Shown: one piece after another, positions 45,142 to 58,401 of the stretch
Layout: each line of letters starts with the position of its first letter
Position numbering within the stretch: position 1 is the stretch's first letter
DNA from: Rhizodiscina lignyota
Lineage: Eukaryota
Direction of reading: 5' to 3'
Assembly: GCA_010015805.1 (NCBI GenBank)
Contig: ML978124.1
Span: forward strand, 1,736,001 to 1,800,000
DNA: 64,000 nt
Program-made: the position numbers and the translations under genes
Notes under the pieces: generated by a model
The model's database searches: none
Told to the model about the DNA's origin: nothing
What the model saw: only the letters and a program-made list of their open reading frames with translations

Positions 45142-48100
45142 TCAAGCGCTCCCTCCCTCTCGACTCTTCCCTCTCCTTCTGAATAGATCCATGACCCTCT
45201 TGGCGGCGGCGGAAGTACCTGAATGGCCGCCATCCTCGTATGCATCGTTAAAGCGTCGGTGAGGCTTCTGAAGTTTGCCTGAGCTTCCACTAGGCAAACC
45301 ATTATCTTGCTCACTAGGATCGAACCCGCTCGGGTATTGCGGAGCGAACGGGAGTGGTTTCTCGTACTTACCTTCATCACGCTGCTGCCTCACTGCTTGA
45401 TCGTTAGTCGTCGCTGTCGCGGTGTTGCTCGTTGTGCGGTAGTAGTCTTGGGGGCCGTCGTAGTACTGTCCGGAGTATTGGAGGTCTTGCTGCTGCTCAG
45501 CTGCTTGTGCGCCAGGAACGCCACGACGACGGTCGAGCGCAGAGTCGTACAAGACAGGGATGGTGCTCTGCGTCGCGGTCGTGCTCTGGCTGGGACTTCT
45601 GCTTGTGCCCTGGCCGAATGCCATTCCGCCTGTTCTCGGCGCCTGCTGTCCTGCGCTCGCGCTCCTCTGCACCGCTCGTTGCTGCTCACGCCTAATCTTC
45701 TCGTACTGCGGATTGTATCCGCCCATTTCAGCGGTCTCGGCCACGGGAGTAGGAGGTTCGTCGTCACGTTTGCCGAAGCCCTTGAAGAGCGAGAAGCGGC
45801 GCGAGTTACGCTTCTCTTTGGGGAATGCGCCATTGCTGTCGTCCGTGTTCTTGCGGCCGAAACTGAAGCTCGTGCGGCGAGAATCGCTGCTGCCTCTCCT
45901 GCCGTCGTCTTGTGGGAGTGCCTGTTTCATGCTCGTAGGCGGGTAGCTCTTGCCCGGCTTGCCCGTTCTTGCCCCGCTTGCTGGATCGTGGCTTGGACGA
46001 TTGCCCTTGACGCTGCCGGTTCGGCCAAGAATCTTATCGGTAATGCCGCTCAATGTGCTTGAGCGCTTGTGAGTGCGGTTTGGATGGTTGTAGCGCGGAT
46101 CGGGAGTTTCTTGCTGATAGGTAGCGGGAAGGCGTTGAGTGCTGAGGCGACCGAAATCTGTGGTCTCTGGACCTGCAGATTGTGGTTCGCGTTGCTGAAT
46201 CTGTTGCACTTGTGACTGTGTCGGAGTGGTGATAGTGTACGGAGTTCCTTTAGGCTGAGAGAAGCGGCCTTGTGCGTTTGTAGCTGCCACAGCTGCGGTA
46301 GACGGCTGACTGTAGGAGTTGCCACGAGATGGGAGACGATTGGCAGTCATGGATCCTCCGGTGGTGGGACGTGAGGTACTAATGGCAGGGGCTGGTGCGG
46401 CTCCAGCGAAGGCTGTGGAGTCTGACGCTGCTCGGACAGCCTCTCGAACGGGACGCGCAGGCGGCGGCATCGAAGTTTGAACTGGTGGAGCTCGTGGTGG
46501 CTGGGCGCGTACCGCTGATGCTCCATCTGTTGGAGGTACCTCTACTGGTCCAGCATTCTCGGGACGAGCTCGCGATCTTGCGGCAGTGGATTGGCTATCC
46601 ACTGGAGCCTCTCCTCTAGCGGTAGAAGATTGCGGAGCAACATACTCGACTTGAACAGTTCTGCGCTTGTTGTCTCGTCCCTTTGCTCTGTCGGCTGCAG
46701 GGTCGTCGACCTGGACTTGGGACTTCTGGAGTCCAACATTGGAGGGAGGCATATGAGATTTGCTTGGCTCGCGAACAGAGGCGCTTCGTCCAAGTTTTGG
46801 TCCGTTGTCATAAGGATCATCTATGCTAGTCACTATCTTCGCCATAGGGGTTAGCAGGGCCATGAACATACCATTATTGAACGCCGTATTTGCAATATCA
46901 GACTGAGTGGTTGTGCTGCTCGTGATGAACTCGACCACATGTGCATATTCACTCAGCCAGCTGTGCCGCGCAACCTCGAACAAGTCTGCACGCTTTCGTG
47001 GGTCGGGTACGAGAATGCGCTTGAGCAGATCTCTAGCATGAGGCGTGACATATTCGGGGAATGTAAGAGGGGTAGAGACGATGTACTTGTACAACAGGTT
47101 GATGTTGTCGCCTTCAGGGTTGGCTGGGTCATCGTCGAAAGGCAAGTATCCTGCAAGCATTGCGTACTTGTAAAATTTAGTAACTGTTAACGCTCAGACA
47201 GTGCTGTTGAATCTTACCAAGATGACACCGCAACTCCAAACATCCACCTTGCGGCCAGTGTACAGCGTATCACTGACAACCAACTCCGGGGCGGCATAGC
47301 ACGGACTTCCACAGCTAGTTTGCATGAGATCACCTCTGCGGTGGCCATCCTCCAACGTCCGGTCCAGACCAGACTTCTTGATGTAGTCCTTGTCGTTGAG
47401 TCTGTACTCAATCTCTTCACCAAGCTCGTCATTAGGATTGAAAGTATTTGCGAATCCAAAATCCGTGATTATAATGTTCCGATTACGGTCCAGCAAAAGG
47501 TTCTCGAGCTTCAAGTCGCGATGCACAATGCCCTTCTTGTGCAAATATCCAACACCGCTCACGAGCTGCGCGAACAGACGTCTAGCAGCGTGGTCTTTCA
47601 GATATCGATGGTTGAGAATGTAGTCGAATAGCTCACCGCCGGATGCGTACTCGAGGATGATGCCAATGTGGCGCTGTGTTTCGACCATCTCATGAAGTCG
47701 AACAATGTTTGGATGCTGAAGGTCGCGGAGGATGTTGATCTCGCGGTAGATCTTGGGAAGACGGCTGGGGTTGGTCTGGAGGTTCTCCTTGCGGATGAGC
47801 TTGATGGCAACTTGAACACCACCATCTCGCTTCCAGCCCATCTTGACTTTGCCGAATTCACCTTCACCAAGTGTTTGACCAAGAACGTAATCACCAAACT
47901 TCATCTCTTTGCGCTGCTTTCCGCCCTTGTCTTGAGCTTTGCCAGCACCACGGCCTCCATCATCAACACCCTCACTTCCCACAAGACCAAGACCAGTAAT
48001 TGGAGTGACGTCAGAGCCCAGTTGCATCGGCTGAGACTCTGCAATCCGTGCTCTCTCACGAGCAACATCTTCTTGTGGATCAGCAACAACAATCCGATTC

Positions 48101-48747
48101 ATGATTGTGCTCTCTTCTCTTGGAAGATCGGTTCCCATGGGTGGTTGGCCAACTGCGTTTGCAGAGCGAGAGTGCGAAGGAGACTGCTTGGTTTTTGTAG
48201 AGCTACTGACGCTCCGCGGACCATCGCGCGATGACTGCTGTCTGCGCCTCGATTGCGTAGCGTTTGCAGCAGCCGCCGCTGACGTTGACTCGTCACGAAG
48301 ATTTGTTGTGTAACCAGCATTCGATGCCTGACCTGTCCGCGGAGACGCACCTTGCGCATCCAGCGGAAGCTGTCCCATCTGTTGCTCCATGGTTGGGGCA
48401 GTTGTGGTGTTTGATTTTTGGGTTGAGGAGGTTCGTTGTGGGGGAGAAATTGGAGGGCCAGCAGAAGACGAGGTAACAAGCGGAGAGGCGTCCGTTGACG
48501 GAGGCAGTGGTTGCGCGCGGGGTGTTAGACTCGAACCGCTCGACTCTACCGGAGATTGTGTTGAAGGTTGCTGAGGTGTGTGTGGTGAAGCGCCATTACC
48601 GGCCGATCTGGGCGCGGGTTTTCTGGAGGAGGCAGGCGAGGTGTTTGAAGCCACGCTGGGCGATTGTTGCGAGTAGTACTGATCTCGAGACTGGTACTGA
48701 CGGTTCGAGAGAGGTGCTGAGCTAGATTGTACCGCGGCCGAAGACAT
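45142..48747 (-). CDS. KIN4: Kin4/Frk1-like (CAMKL) serine/threonine protein kinase
   Basis: LGEGEFGKVK, VAIKLIR, HRDLKLENLL, ITDFGFAN, DLMQTSCGSPCYAAPE, GYLPFDDDPANPEGDNINLLYKYI, KRRTVQVEY and C-terminal AAKRVMDLFRRR. Intron about 47168-47217 and a probable in-frame intron about 46821-46871. Confidence 0.85.
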
Positions 48748-51357
48748 CGTCCGGCGACGCGGACAAGGCTGGATGTGCTCGAGCGTCAACACGGAATGGA
48801 TGGAGGGGTGCTGGTTGAGGCGGAGAGAAGGAGATCAGCGGAAAGGGTCAAGTGGAGCGGTGCCGCGGAGGAGAGGCGGTAAAGGAGCGACGCGAGAGTA
48901 TAGAGGGCGTATTTGGCGAAGGGGGGAGAATTGGATTATGGGATTATGGGGGTGAACGTGAAGCGCAGGCGCCTGTCTTTCACGTGGAAGGATCGTCGTG
49001 CGTTGGCTGGCGGCGGCGGCAGCTCAAGCGCGGGCGAGATGCAGCGAGGGTAATTGGGCTGACCGCGCGTGAGGGCTCTCAGTTCTGCAGCGTGTCGCTG
49101 TGAAGCGGAGGGATTGCTGGCGATGCTCGCAGTGGTGAGCGAGGCTGCAGTGACGCGGACGGGCGGTAGGAGCGACGTCGTGGGAAATTGCGCGCGAGGT
49201 GCTTCGAGTTGCAGTGGGCAGGTGCGAGCGAGCGGTGCAGTCGAGCAGCAGCGGTCGAGGAGAGCTAGGAGGCGGGCGGCCTCTGAGCGGTGCTGCCGGC
49301 GCGATGCACGCCAGCTGGTGCCAGTGTTGCGTTTCGTTTCGCACCTTTGGCCGCTGCGAGTGTTTGGGAGATGCAATGGCAGCGGTGGATAAGGGGCCTT
49401 GGGCGTTGAGCGGGTAGGGTCTAGTCGACTAGAGAGAGTAGGGTGTGGGTGTGCAGCTGCAGAGCAGGCGCAAGCGGCAGCGGGAAGATTTGCGTGTGGC
49501 TGGGGAAGCTGCGCGAGTTTCACAAGTCCCGCGCCTACAGCGGGCCTGCATGTGCTCCACCTGCCACTGTGCTCCGTATACACCATATCAATTCAATTCA
49601 CGAAACACATTTCCTCCCGCTCTACAGAAACAGACGATGCTGCTCTCTCCGCTCCCTCCCCATTCCGTCGTCTTCGCCGTGCCCGCAGTCGTCGGCAGTC
49701 GCGCCTGCTCGCATTGCTACACGCAATTTAAAGCCCATGGCGCGTGGTCGGCAGCAAGTGTCCAAAGGCCGCGTGAATGGAGCCCATGCGCTCTCACAAG
49801 CCACGCGACGACAAGACAACCTTAGAGGCCGCTGTCACCTTTGCAACTTCCCCGCCCAAGCGAGCCAAGCCTGGTCCCCAGCACTCAAGTTTGTTTCACC
49901 AGCTCAGTCTCGCAACCGAATGCGAGTTGAGCTCGCATATGAACGTCTCGTTGCAAAGACGCGCGATCTGCTCGCGTGTAATGGCTACCTCGCGCTGTCT
50001 CTTCTCGATGGTGTGTCTGCTAGTTCCTTGGACGAGCCGGATGCCTGCCCACGTGTTGTTGCTACTGCTGACCTTGGCCCTCGACCGACATGGATGCTGG
50101 GATGAACGAGATTAATTGTAATGCAAACAAACAACAACATAACGTCACCGTTGCCATGCATCTTCTGCAGCCCTGCGAGATGGCAGATCTTGCATAATGT
50201 ATGCCAGGCAGTCAGCATTCCTCCATTGACATGCTGCTTTTCGTGCGCCGCGACTGTCGTGAGTCGCTGGTTATTCTCTGTACGAGGTGGGGTGGTGATC
50301 TGGCATCATGCCCATGCTAGGTTCTCGACGTGGCTTGATGTCAATACTCCGGATGGATTGATTCGATAATCGATAGCTCCCACACAGATCCTAGATGAGT
50401 GGCTCGAGAGTGCCAAAATAGCCAACCCCGATGGATATCGAAAGTCATGCAGCAAACAAGAGATTCGCTCTTCGCCTGTGCGAGAGTATCGTTGAAAGCT
50501 CACAATCACACACCTTAGCCAGTATTTGTTCTGTAGTCACCATGCGCTTCAACAGCTCCATATATCATGGCCACGTGTATCTGGCTCGACGACAACACAA
50601 CTGGTCACCGGTCAAGCTGCAACGCCAATGGGAGAGTAGCCAGCTCTTGCACTTCAAGGCAATCGAAGCTATCTCTGCAGATTTAGTTCTGCCTTCTTTG
50701 GAGTAAGTATCAAGAAAAGACATATCTGTGAAAGTTTGGTTCTACAGTTATTAGAGTATATGTCAAGGCAAGCGAGATGTCTCTGAAAGCTTCGTGCTAC
50801 GTCCTTTGGAGTGTAACTGATGATAGCGACATCCTTGGAAACCTTCTATGCTTCACTGGCTGGAGAGTCTATGCGCTGTACCTGTCCGCCGTCGTGAAAG
50901 CTACGGCCAATCTACTTGTCACTGTCCAGGATTGTTCGAAAATGTATTAAGTAATGTATACTGCATTAAGCTTATCGTAACTTCTTGAAGAGACTAAGCC
51001 AAACGTTTCATGCAATTGGCCGCTATCGAAGGGTATAATACAAGGCATTCTTGGCCTTGAATGCTCATGCCGAACTAGAAGAAAAAATCACCGCAAGACA
51101 ATTGCCAACCAGAATACGCAAGGGACTTGTCCGCTCAGGATGGATCCGCCTAGGCGACAACGATGTCGCCTGAACTCGCCCTGCTTCGTAAACTCCCGAA
51201 CGCCCTGCGCTTAGAGAAAGAAAACCATGTCGAATCATGAGGTCGGTTCCCTTGCGGGAACAACAAATGAAAGTGTACCAAGTGCAGCATCGATGATTAT
51301 TACCGCATCTAAGACCGCGATACTACTATCGTGATTAGTGCTCGCCTAGGGGCGACA

Positions 51358-52621
51358 TTACAGTCTCTTTCCGGGGACGAAAATGAAAAGACAGCAGAGC
51401 GCTGCGTCGATGAGAATGACCGCACCGAGGACCATGAGGCTCCTCTTCGCAATCAGCTTCCGCACGTATGGCTCGCGCATCCGATGAAAGGAGAGGAAGG
51501 TGTACTCGCTGAATCCAAGGAGACCAAGGATCGGGTCGAGCATGTACTGATGAGTCGCGAGAGCGTAGACGCCGACGGTGAAGGGGAGAATCAACTATAG
51601 TGTATATCAGTTCAAGTGCGGAGGAATTTTCGACATGTACTCACCCAGCATCGCGTCAGCCGACCGAAATTCAGGAAGATGAGGATAAATGCAGTCCAGA
51701 ACGCGCCGAACAACGCCAACAGGCCGACGATTAGCCGCAGCATCATGCTTGGTGGCACGATGTTGCCGAGAGCCTTGCTGCGCAGGAAACCGGGGAAAGC
51801 GTCCCTTTCCATGGCCTGGAAGACGTAGTCTTTCGCGTCGTCAAACACTTCTGGATCATCTCTGCCCTGCTCTTCGATCGCCGATGTGATCTGGTTTAGG
51901 ATTCCTTGAGGTAAGATGATCTCGCGCTCAGCGCCAGGAAGCAAGAACGTGTAGAGAACCTTCTCGGCCGATGCGCGAATGTCGGCGCGATTCACTGTGT
52001 GCTGCGGTGAAGATGATATGTTTCCAGGTGACGAGTCTTGTCCTGAAGTGCCGGGTGAATTGGAATTGCTGTTGGCCACGAATCCTGGGCGTGGCAATGG
52101 CTCATGGCCGGACCCAGGTGTGGTGTTTTGAGTTGAGGGCTGGCTGCCTTGGCTGTGCGATGGAGAGTGTCTGCTCTGAGTTTCGGAACGCAGGAATGCG
52201 GAGAGACGCTGCTCTGGTGTGGTCGCAGCAGGTTTTTCTTGGGTGCCCGAGGGGCCTGCGAGTCCACTGTCTGAAGTGCCTTCAAGGCCTGACGACGAAT
52301 GCTTGCTTGCTTTCTCCAATTCCGGGGTATCTATGAGCACGGAACGTCGTAGCTCGCGAACGTAGTGCCGGCAAAGTGACATGTGTTGAGAAACGTCAAG
52401 CCTGTGAAGGAGCAGTCAAATCTCAAAATAGTGGTGAGTTAAGCAGCGCAAACGTACCAAAAGTCAAGATAGTCCACTGAACGCTGTTGGTCGCGCATGT
52501 AGATGTAGAAGGAGAAAAGATCAACAGGCGCCATTGTGCGTCTTGACAGAACCTCAAAAAGGTTCGGCAGACGATTGCGCGCCTGGTCGGGCGTGGGCGA
52601 CGGGGTCGCCATGGCCGCCAT
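51358..52621 (-). CDS. RAX1: Bud-site selection / polarity protein Rax1 (RGS-like domain + C-terminal TM helices)
   Basis: RLPNLFEVLSRRTMAPVDLFSFYIYMRDQQRSVDYLDFW|LDVSQH, GRDDPEVFDDAKDYVFQAMERDAFPGFL, three TM segments, ends VPGKRL. Introns 52402-52457 and 51595-51644. Confidence 0.9.
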
Positions 52622-53528
52622 AGCGATTGATGCGCAGTTTGACCTCCAAAATAGACCGACTCTTCCTTTCGCGGTGTTGCGAGCCCGCCGTTGCCAATTG
52701 GTATGTTACTGCGCGAGCGAATCCAGGGGACGTCAGAGAGGGGTTCGATTCGTGCGCGCAATCGTGAGAGCGAAGGCGATGTCGTTTCGGTGCGACTGTG
52801 AGCGATTGTAGGGTTCGGAAGAGGCAGTGAGAGCAGAATTGGGTGGTTCGAGTGGTTGTGTGTGAATGTTCAGCGGTCGAGGAGTGAAGTTGGCAGCCCT
52901 TTGCTCGGGCTTGGCAGCAACGACGCGAGCGAGCTCAGACACTTCGTAAGATTAAAGTCGGGGAATCGACCAGGGACGGCGCGAGTCGGCGAAACGCGAA
53001 GTGTATTAAACTATCGATTACAATGTTGTATAGAAAGCCGTGACGGTCGTGAGCGAGAGTGAGTGAGTGAAGAGTTGAGGAGAGAAAGGTGAGCGTGGAG
53101 GATCGCGACAGAATCAAGGCGGCGTCCTTGTGGTGGGCCTTGAAATGAGGCATGACCCCCGGCAGCCAATCAGAGGCCGCGCTGGTTGCCATCACTTTCT
53201 GACTCGCCGAAGACCAAATTCATTCGAGAAGCAGGGCGCCCTTTTTCTCCGTATGGCTAACACAGCTTCATGGCGGACGATCCAAGTCGATTTCGACAAC
53301 TTGATTAAAGAGCACCCATTAGGCTTCGATCATCCGTCTTACAACTGTACGTGCAGCCACATCTGCAAAGCCTTGTTAGGCACCAGCAAATGGAAGCCTC
53401 ACAGCGGCACAGCCGCAAAGGACAGCTGTGACTGCTGAGTCGAGGTAGCATATAACTAGTCACGTTTTCTCTCGTCGTCTCACATATTTCCTTCCTTAAT
53501 AAATTTATCATCCTGAAAATTTGCAACT

Positions 53529-54402
53529 ATGGCGTCAAACAATTCCGTCCTACCGGCCGACTTCCTGTCGGGACCGGGGCCTAGGATCGAGGTCAACCGA
53601 ATCGACTTCACCAAAACAGATCTGCCTGAGTACAAGGATAACTGGGCTGTTGTATTAGATAATGTGTTGTCTAAAGAAGAATGTGACTTGCTTGTCAGCG
53701 CTGCAGAAGCCCACTCTGGTGGCGAGTGGGAACGGGCTATGGTCAACGTCGGTGGTGGGATGCAGAGGATGATAACTGATACGCGAAATTGCGGGCGTAT
53801 CATCTGGGACGATGGAGAAGTGGCTCAAAAGATCTGGGCTCGGTGTGAGGAGCATGTACCCGAGATTCAGAAGCTTGATGCTTGGCCGAAAGTAACAGGC
53901 AATGGGCCGATGATGAGAAAAGAGATCTGGGAGATGACGAGGCTGAACGAGAGGTTGAGGTTCCTGAAATACACTTCTGGCGAATACTTCAAGCGTAAGT
54001 AATTCAACTTCCTGTATACACATGCGTATCTCCTACTAAATGTCCATAGCTCACTGCGATGGGATGTATGAGACCCCTGATCACAAAGAGCGATCCTATT
54101 TCACCCTGCATCTCTACCTCAACGACATCACTTCCGACCCCTCCGCCCCCCTGAAAGGCGGTGCAACGACGTTCCATTCGATGGACATGGATCGTCGGTT
54201 TGACGTCGAGCCAAAGATTGGCCGAGTCCTCCTTTTCCAGCACGCATATCTTGTCCACTCTGGAGACGATGTCCTTGGCGGCGTGAAGTTGACGCTGAGG
54301 ACAGATATTATGTATCAGAAGAGCAAGGAGACCTCGACGAAGGAGCCGCCACCAAAGGAGGAGAAGAAAAAGTCGTTCTGGGGAAGCAAGCAACGAACTT
54401 AA
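53529..54402 (+). CDS. 2OG-Fe(II) oxygenase / prolyl-4-hydroxylase-like protein
   Basis: LDNVLSKEEC, RLNERLRFLKY. Intron 53995-54049 restores K-P-H-C-D (HxD). Also TLHLYLND, GGAT, LVHSG and KLTLRTD. Confidence 0.88.
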
Positions 54403-55654
54403 TCCCGTCAGTTAAGAAACGCGCCACCTGATGATTCTCGTCCTGTAGCTCTATCACCATTAATGAGCCAGAGCATCGATATTTATTTTCCTCGTCTTGG
54501 ACCTTCTCATACATTCCTCGATCGTGTGCGAAGCGCTCCGGAAGTCTATGATACGTTCGATCGAATATTCATATAGCAACTTCGTAAAACTCCGACAATA
54601 TCGTCCTAATATTGTAATGAGGCCTCAACCTCGGCCCCGGAATTCCTCTCTTGGCTCGATGGCTTTCTAGCATGCAATCCTTCTCGATGCCGTTGCAGAT
54701 GGAGATTGTCTCGTTTTTAGCAATACCTTAGTTGCATAGTAAGCGGTGGCACACAGTGTGCCGAGCGGTCAAATCAGTGGCACGGAGCATGGAAAAAGAA
54801 GAATCTGCTAAGAATCTGCTTGTCAGATGGAGCTAACGTAGTACTGAAATTTGAAGGCAAAATCTGAAGTAGAAGGCCAATAAGGCTCTTGGCCATCGCT
54901 CACAGCAATACGTAACTGGTGGTGCGCGCGGGAGAGGGTCGGGGCGTCAAGTCAACACTTCAGATTTTCGATCGCATCAGGCATGTTCCCTCGTGACCTA
55001 AGCCGCTTTCTCTCTCCAGCGTCCGGCGTCTCCATCCCGCAGACATCCTACTCCGTACATTCCTCTCTGCCAGTCAGCCGCGCTATCTCAGTAACACGCA
55101 CCTTATCGTTACGGAAAACCCATGACGGTAGGCGCGCCTAGGTGTGCGTTTTCACGGAAATGCCGTCAGTGCTCTTTTTGAACTGTCAAGCGACTCTTTC
55201 AGCACTTTCAGCTGCCTACAATGCCCTGGCGCAGCGTCGCTTGTTGAAAAGCTTTATCTGCCCAACTCTTTAGCCAGTCTGACAGGACCATGTCGCCCGG
55301 GGCTGGAAGCGACCCTTGCGTTCGGTGAGTGCCAAGTGGCCGCGGGCTTCTGCCGAACAAGGTTGGTACAACCGCTGCCGGGCCAGAGAAAAAGCAACGG
55401 GTACGGATGGCTTGAATGCACGATGATGATTAGCGTGGGAGCTGGTGGTCCTGGTCCAGTGATTGTCGTTCGAGAAGGACAGGCGTTGATCTGTCTTGCC
55501 CCACAGCTCACCACCCTGCCACCCGCCTCTGTTTAAATACTGTGCAGATTCTCTATTTCGCTGGTGTTTCTTCTTTCTGTGCAAGTGTCGGTGTGATCGA
55601 AGGCAAAACATTGTCTTGGACATTGAACATTTCTGAGCCCTTTGGCAACCTGTG

Positions 55655-55738
55655 ATGCATCCGTTGCAACTTCAGGACCTCGACAACCTATATTGCTTCT
55701 CCGTCAAGCGCATCGTCCGCTATCGCAAGTGGCGCTGA
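55655..55738 (+). promoter_or_regulatory. Candidate peptide uORF (27 aa, MHPLQLQDLDNLYCFSVKRIVRYRKWR) in the permease leader
   Basis: ATG 55655 to TGA 55736-55738, ending 34 nt before the permease ATG and lying downstream of a TTTAAATA element at about 55532. Confidence 0.5.
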
Positions 55739-55772
55739 ACCATTCGTGATACAAAGAAATCAATAATTCAAA

Positions 55773-57556
55773 ATGGCCTCTGCACTCGCCGGAGCCGAAG
55801 AATTGCGCAGGAACTCTGTGGGCGCAATCGAACTCACTGACGATCATGGCCGAAGGCGGACGGTTCAGCTCGAGGAACTGAGTGCGGCTGATCGTGAATT
55901 GGCAGAGAAGTTTGGTTACAAGCCTGTACGACATGTCGGCCTTTTTTCATGAACCGTCTGACTTAGACATCACTATATAGGTATTCAAGCGCGAGTTCGG
56001 CTATCTCTCCACGTTCTCCTTCGCTGTATCAATCTCTGGTCTGTTCGCAACTGTCGCGACGACCTATGTGTACCCCCTCTACGCTGGCGGTTCGTCATCT
56101 GCAGTCTGGTGCTGGCTGATTTCTGGAGCTGGATGCATGTGTATTGCTTGCTCCGTTGCCGAACTGGTCTCTGCCTATCCAACTTGCGGTGGTCTCTACT
56201 ACACGGTTTCCCGTCTCGCGCCAAAGGAGTATGTACCTGCTATCAGTTGGGTGGACGGCTGGCTCAATCTTCTGGGTCAAGTTGCTGGTATTGCTTCGTC
56301 CGAATATGGATCTGCACAGCTTCTTCTGGCTGCTGTATCCATGGGAACCGACTTCAGCTACCTTCCAACAAATGACCACACCGTTGGTGTCATGGCTGGT
56401 CTTACAATACTCAACGGCGTTATCAACTCACTGCCCACCTACTGGATGGAAAAGATGACCAAGTCATATGTCATCTTTCACGTCTTGGTCCTGGTGACTT
56501 GCTCGATCGCTCTTCTGGCGAAGACGAAGCCGAGACATGACGCCGATTTTGTCTTCGTCTTCCATGACGAATACGCTACGAGTGGCTGGACTCCGGTTGG
56601 ATTTTCTTTCCTTTTCGGTTTCCTCTCAGTCAGCTGGACTATGACCGACTACGATGCCACTGCGCACATCACAGAGGAGTATGTATCTGAATTGCATGGC
56701 CCATTCCCATAGAAGATCTGGCTAACTTCCAACAAGGATCAACGAACCAGAAGTCAAGGCACCGTGGGCCATTTCTATGGCAATGGCATTCACATACATC
56801 GTTGGCTTCCTTTTTAACATTGTCCTTGGCTTCTGCATGGGCGATTACACCGAAATCCTCACATCGCCGATCGAGCAACCCGTCGCACAGCTCTTCTTCA
56901 ACTCGCTCGGCAAAGGCGGTGGCATCTTCTACACCGTATGCGCGTTTATCATTCTCCAATTCGTCTGCTTCACAGCCACACAGGCCCTCGGTCGTACCGT
57001 CTTCGCCTTCTCGCGCGATCGCCTCATCCCGCTCAGCAGGGTCTGGACCATTATTAACAGGCGCACGGGCACCCCGTTGTACGCGGTCTGGATTTCGATC
57101 TTTTGGTGCATCGTTATCAATCTCATCGCTTTGGGTTCATACACTGCCATTCTGGGTATTTTCAATGTCACGGCTATCGCGCTCGATTGGTCGTACGTCA
57201 TCCCCATCATGTGCAAGCTCATCTTCAACAAATTCGAACCCGGACCATGGCACATGGGCCGTTTCTCGGTCTTCGTCAATATCTGGGCTTGCCTGTGGAC
57301 GCTGTTCGTGTCGATCATCTTCATCCTGCCAACTTACAGGCCCGTCACTGCAGACAACATGAACTATGCGATCGCGTACTTGATGGCCATCTTTGTGGCC
57401 GCGCTGACGTACTGGTTTTTTGTTGGCAAGCATTGGTATGTCGGCCCATTGGTCGAGGCAGAGATTGTCGACGAGAACGAACCTACAAAAGAGAAGGTTG
57501 CCGATTCGGATGGCGGTTCGAATGGTGCGCACGACAACAAGGAGGTGCACGTTTGA
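55773..57556 (+). CDS. APC-superfamily permease (UGA4/TPO5/HNM1-like; GABA, polyamine or choline type)
   Basis: FGYKP|VFKREFGYLSTFSFAVSISG, VAELVSAYPTCGGLY, WTMTDYDATAHITEE, AFSRDR, FEPGPWHMG, MNYA; many TM helices. Introns 55926-55980 and 56679-56736. Confidence 0.92.
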
Positions 57557-58401
57557 GTAATCCTTGCAGTATGAGAAACTCACTCGTTTACGCAAAAAAT
57601 CTGGAGGCTTTTTCAGAAAGGACACGAATTCTGATCAATGATTTTAAATATGACTGTACATATCTTCACGCGACATTTTAATATTGATACCGCTTTCTCT
57701 CCCATTTCATCAAGTTCGGCCATATCAGTGTGCCAGTTGCTGCGGAATCTTCTTGCACCCCTCCAATGTTGTAAGTCAACAACAGTAATTAATATATCAA
57801 GGAATTCACCTATAATTGCCTTGAAATGACTTGACCACAGTCCATGTATGTCTGTAGTGGAGCTTGGTGTGCAAGGTTCCGCAAGCCACGTTTACGAGTC
57901 AAGCCTCCCGAACTTCCGCTCACAAAATTTTACCACGCCGATGCAGAGCTATGTGGTCTCCACAGCAGTACTCCGTACATCCCGGCTCTTTCCCCGGATT
58001 CCAGTTGTCAAGGTTGAATGCCTCGCATTTGAGGCTCCGTAGTAGGGATGGTGAAGATTTGTATCGAAAATCTTGTCTGCAGATCATAGCTTGTTGCGGA
58101 TCCCGCAATGTCATACACGCGTTAGACCTCAATCCTCCTCGTACGGGCCTGACGGAGTAATTAGCATCATATTTGAGTCAGAATGTTTCCCCCGGTTTCT
58201 CTTTTACTTGGCTCTTTTCAAATAAGGCAATGTTCATCACCGAATACGGCAGGAAGAGCGCTCAGTTATTTGCCGTCTATCCCGTTGCCCGAGGCTGCCA
58301 CGTGAGCAGGAAATATCTAGGCATTTGGAGTCATCCAGCCCTACCTATACTTAGGGAGCCCCAGAGGAGTACGAGTCTTGGAAACTTGTGAAACCCTCGC
58401 C

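Noticed and set aside
44898..46062. Long overlapping ORFs (160 aa minus, 251 aa plus) at the kinase 3' end
   Set aside because: Shadow frames of GC-rich coding sequence with no recognisable motifs.
48800..51300. Many 60-220 aa ORFs between the kinase and RAX1
   Set aside because: GC-rich promoter/UTR sequence, mostly non-ATG starts, no domain signatures.
52710..52760. GGTTCGATTC T-loop-like string suggesting a tRNA
   Set aside because: No cloverleaf can be built; there is only an imperfect hairpin in the RAX1 leader.
54748..54762. Perfect palindrome GGCACAC-A-GTGTGCC
   Set aside because: A single 7-bp-arm palindrome is expected by chance in 64 kb.
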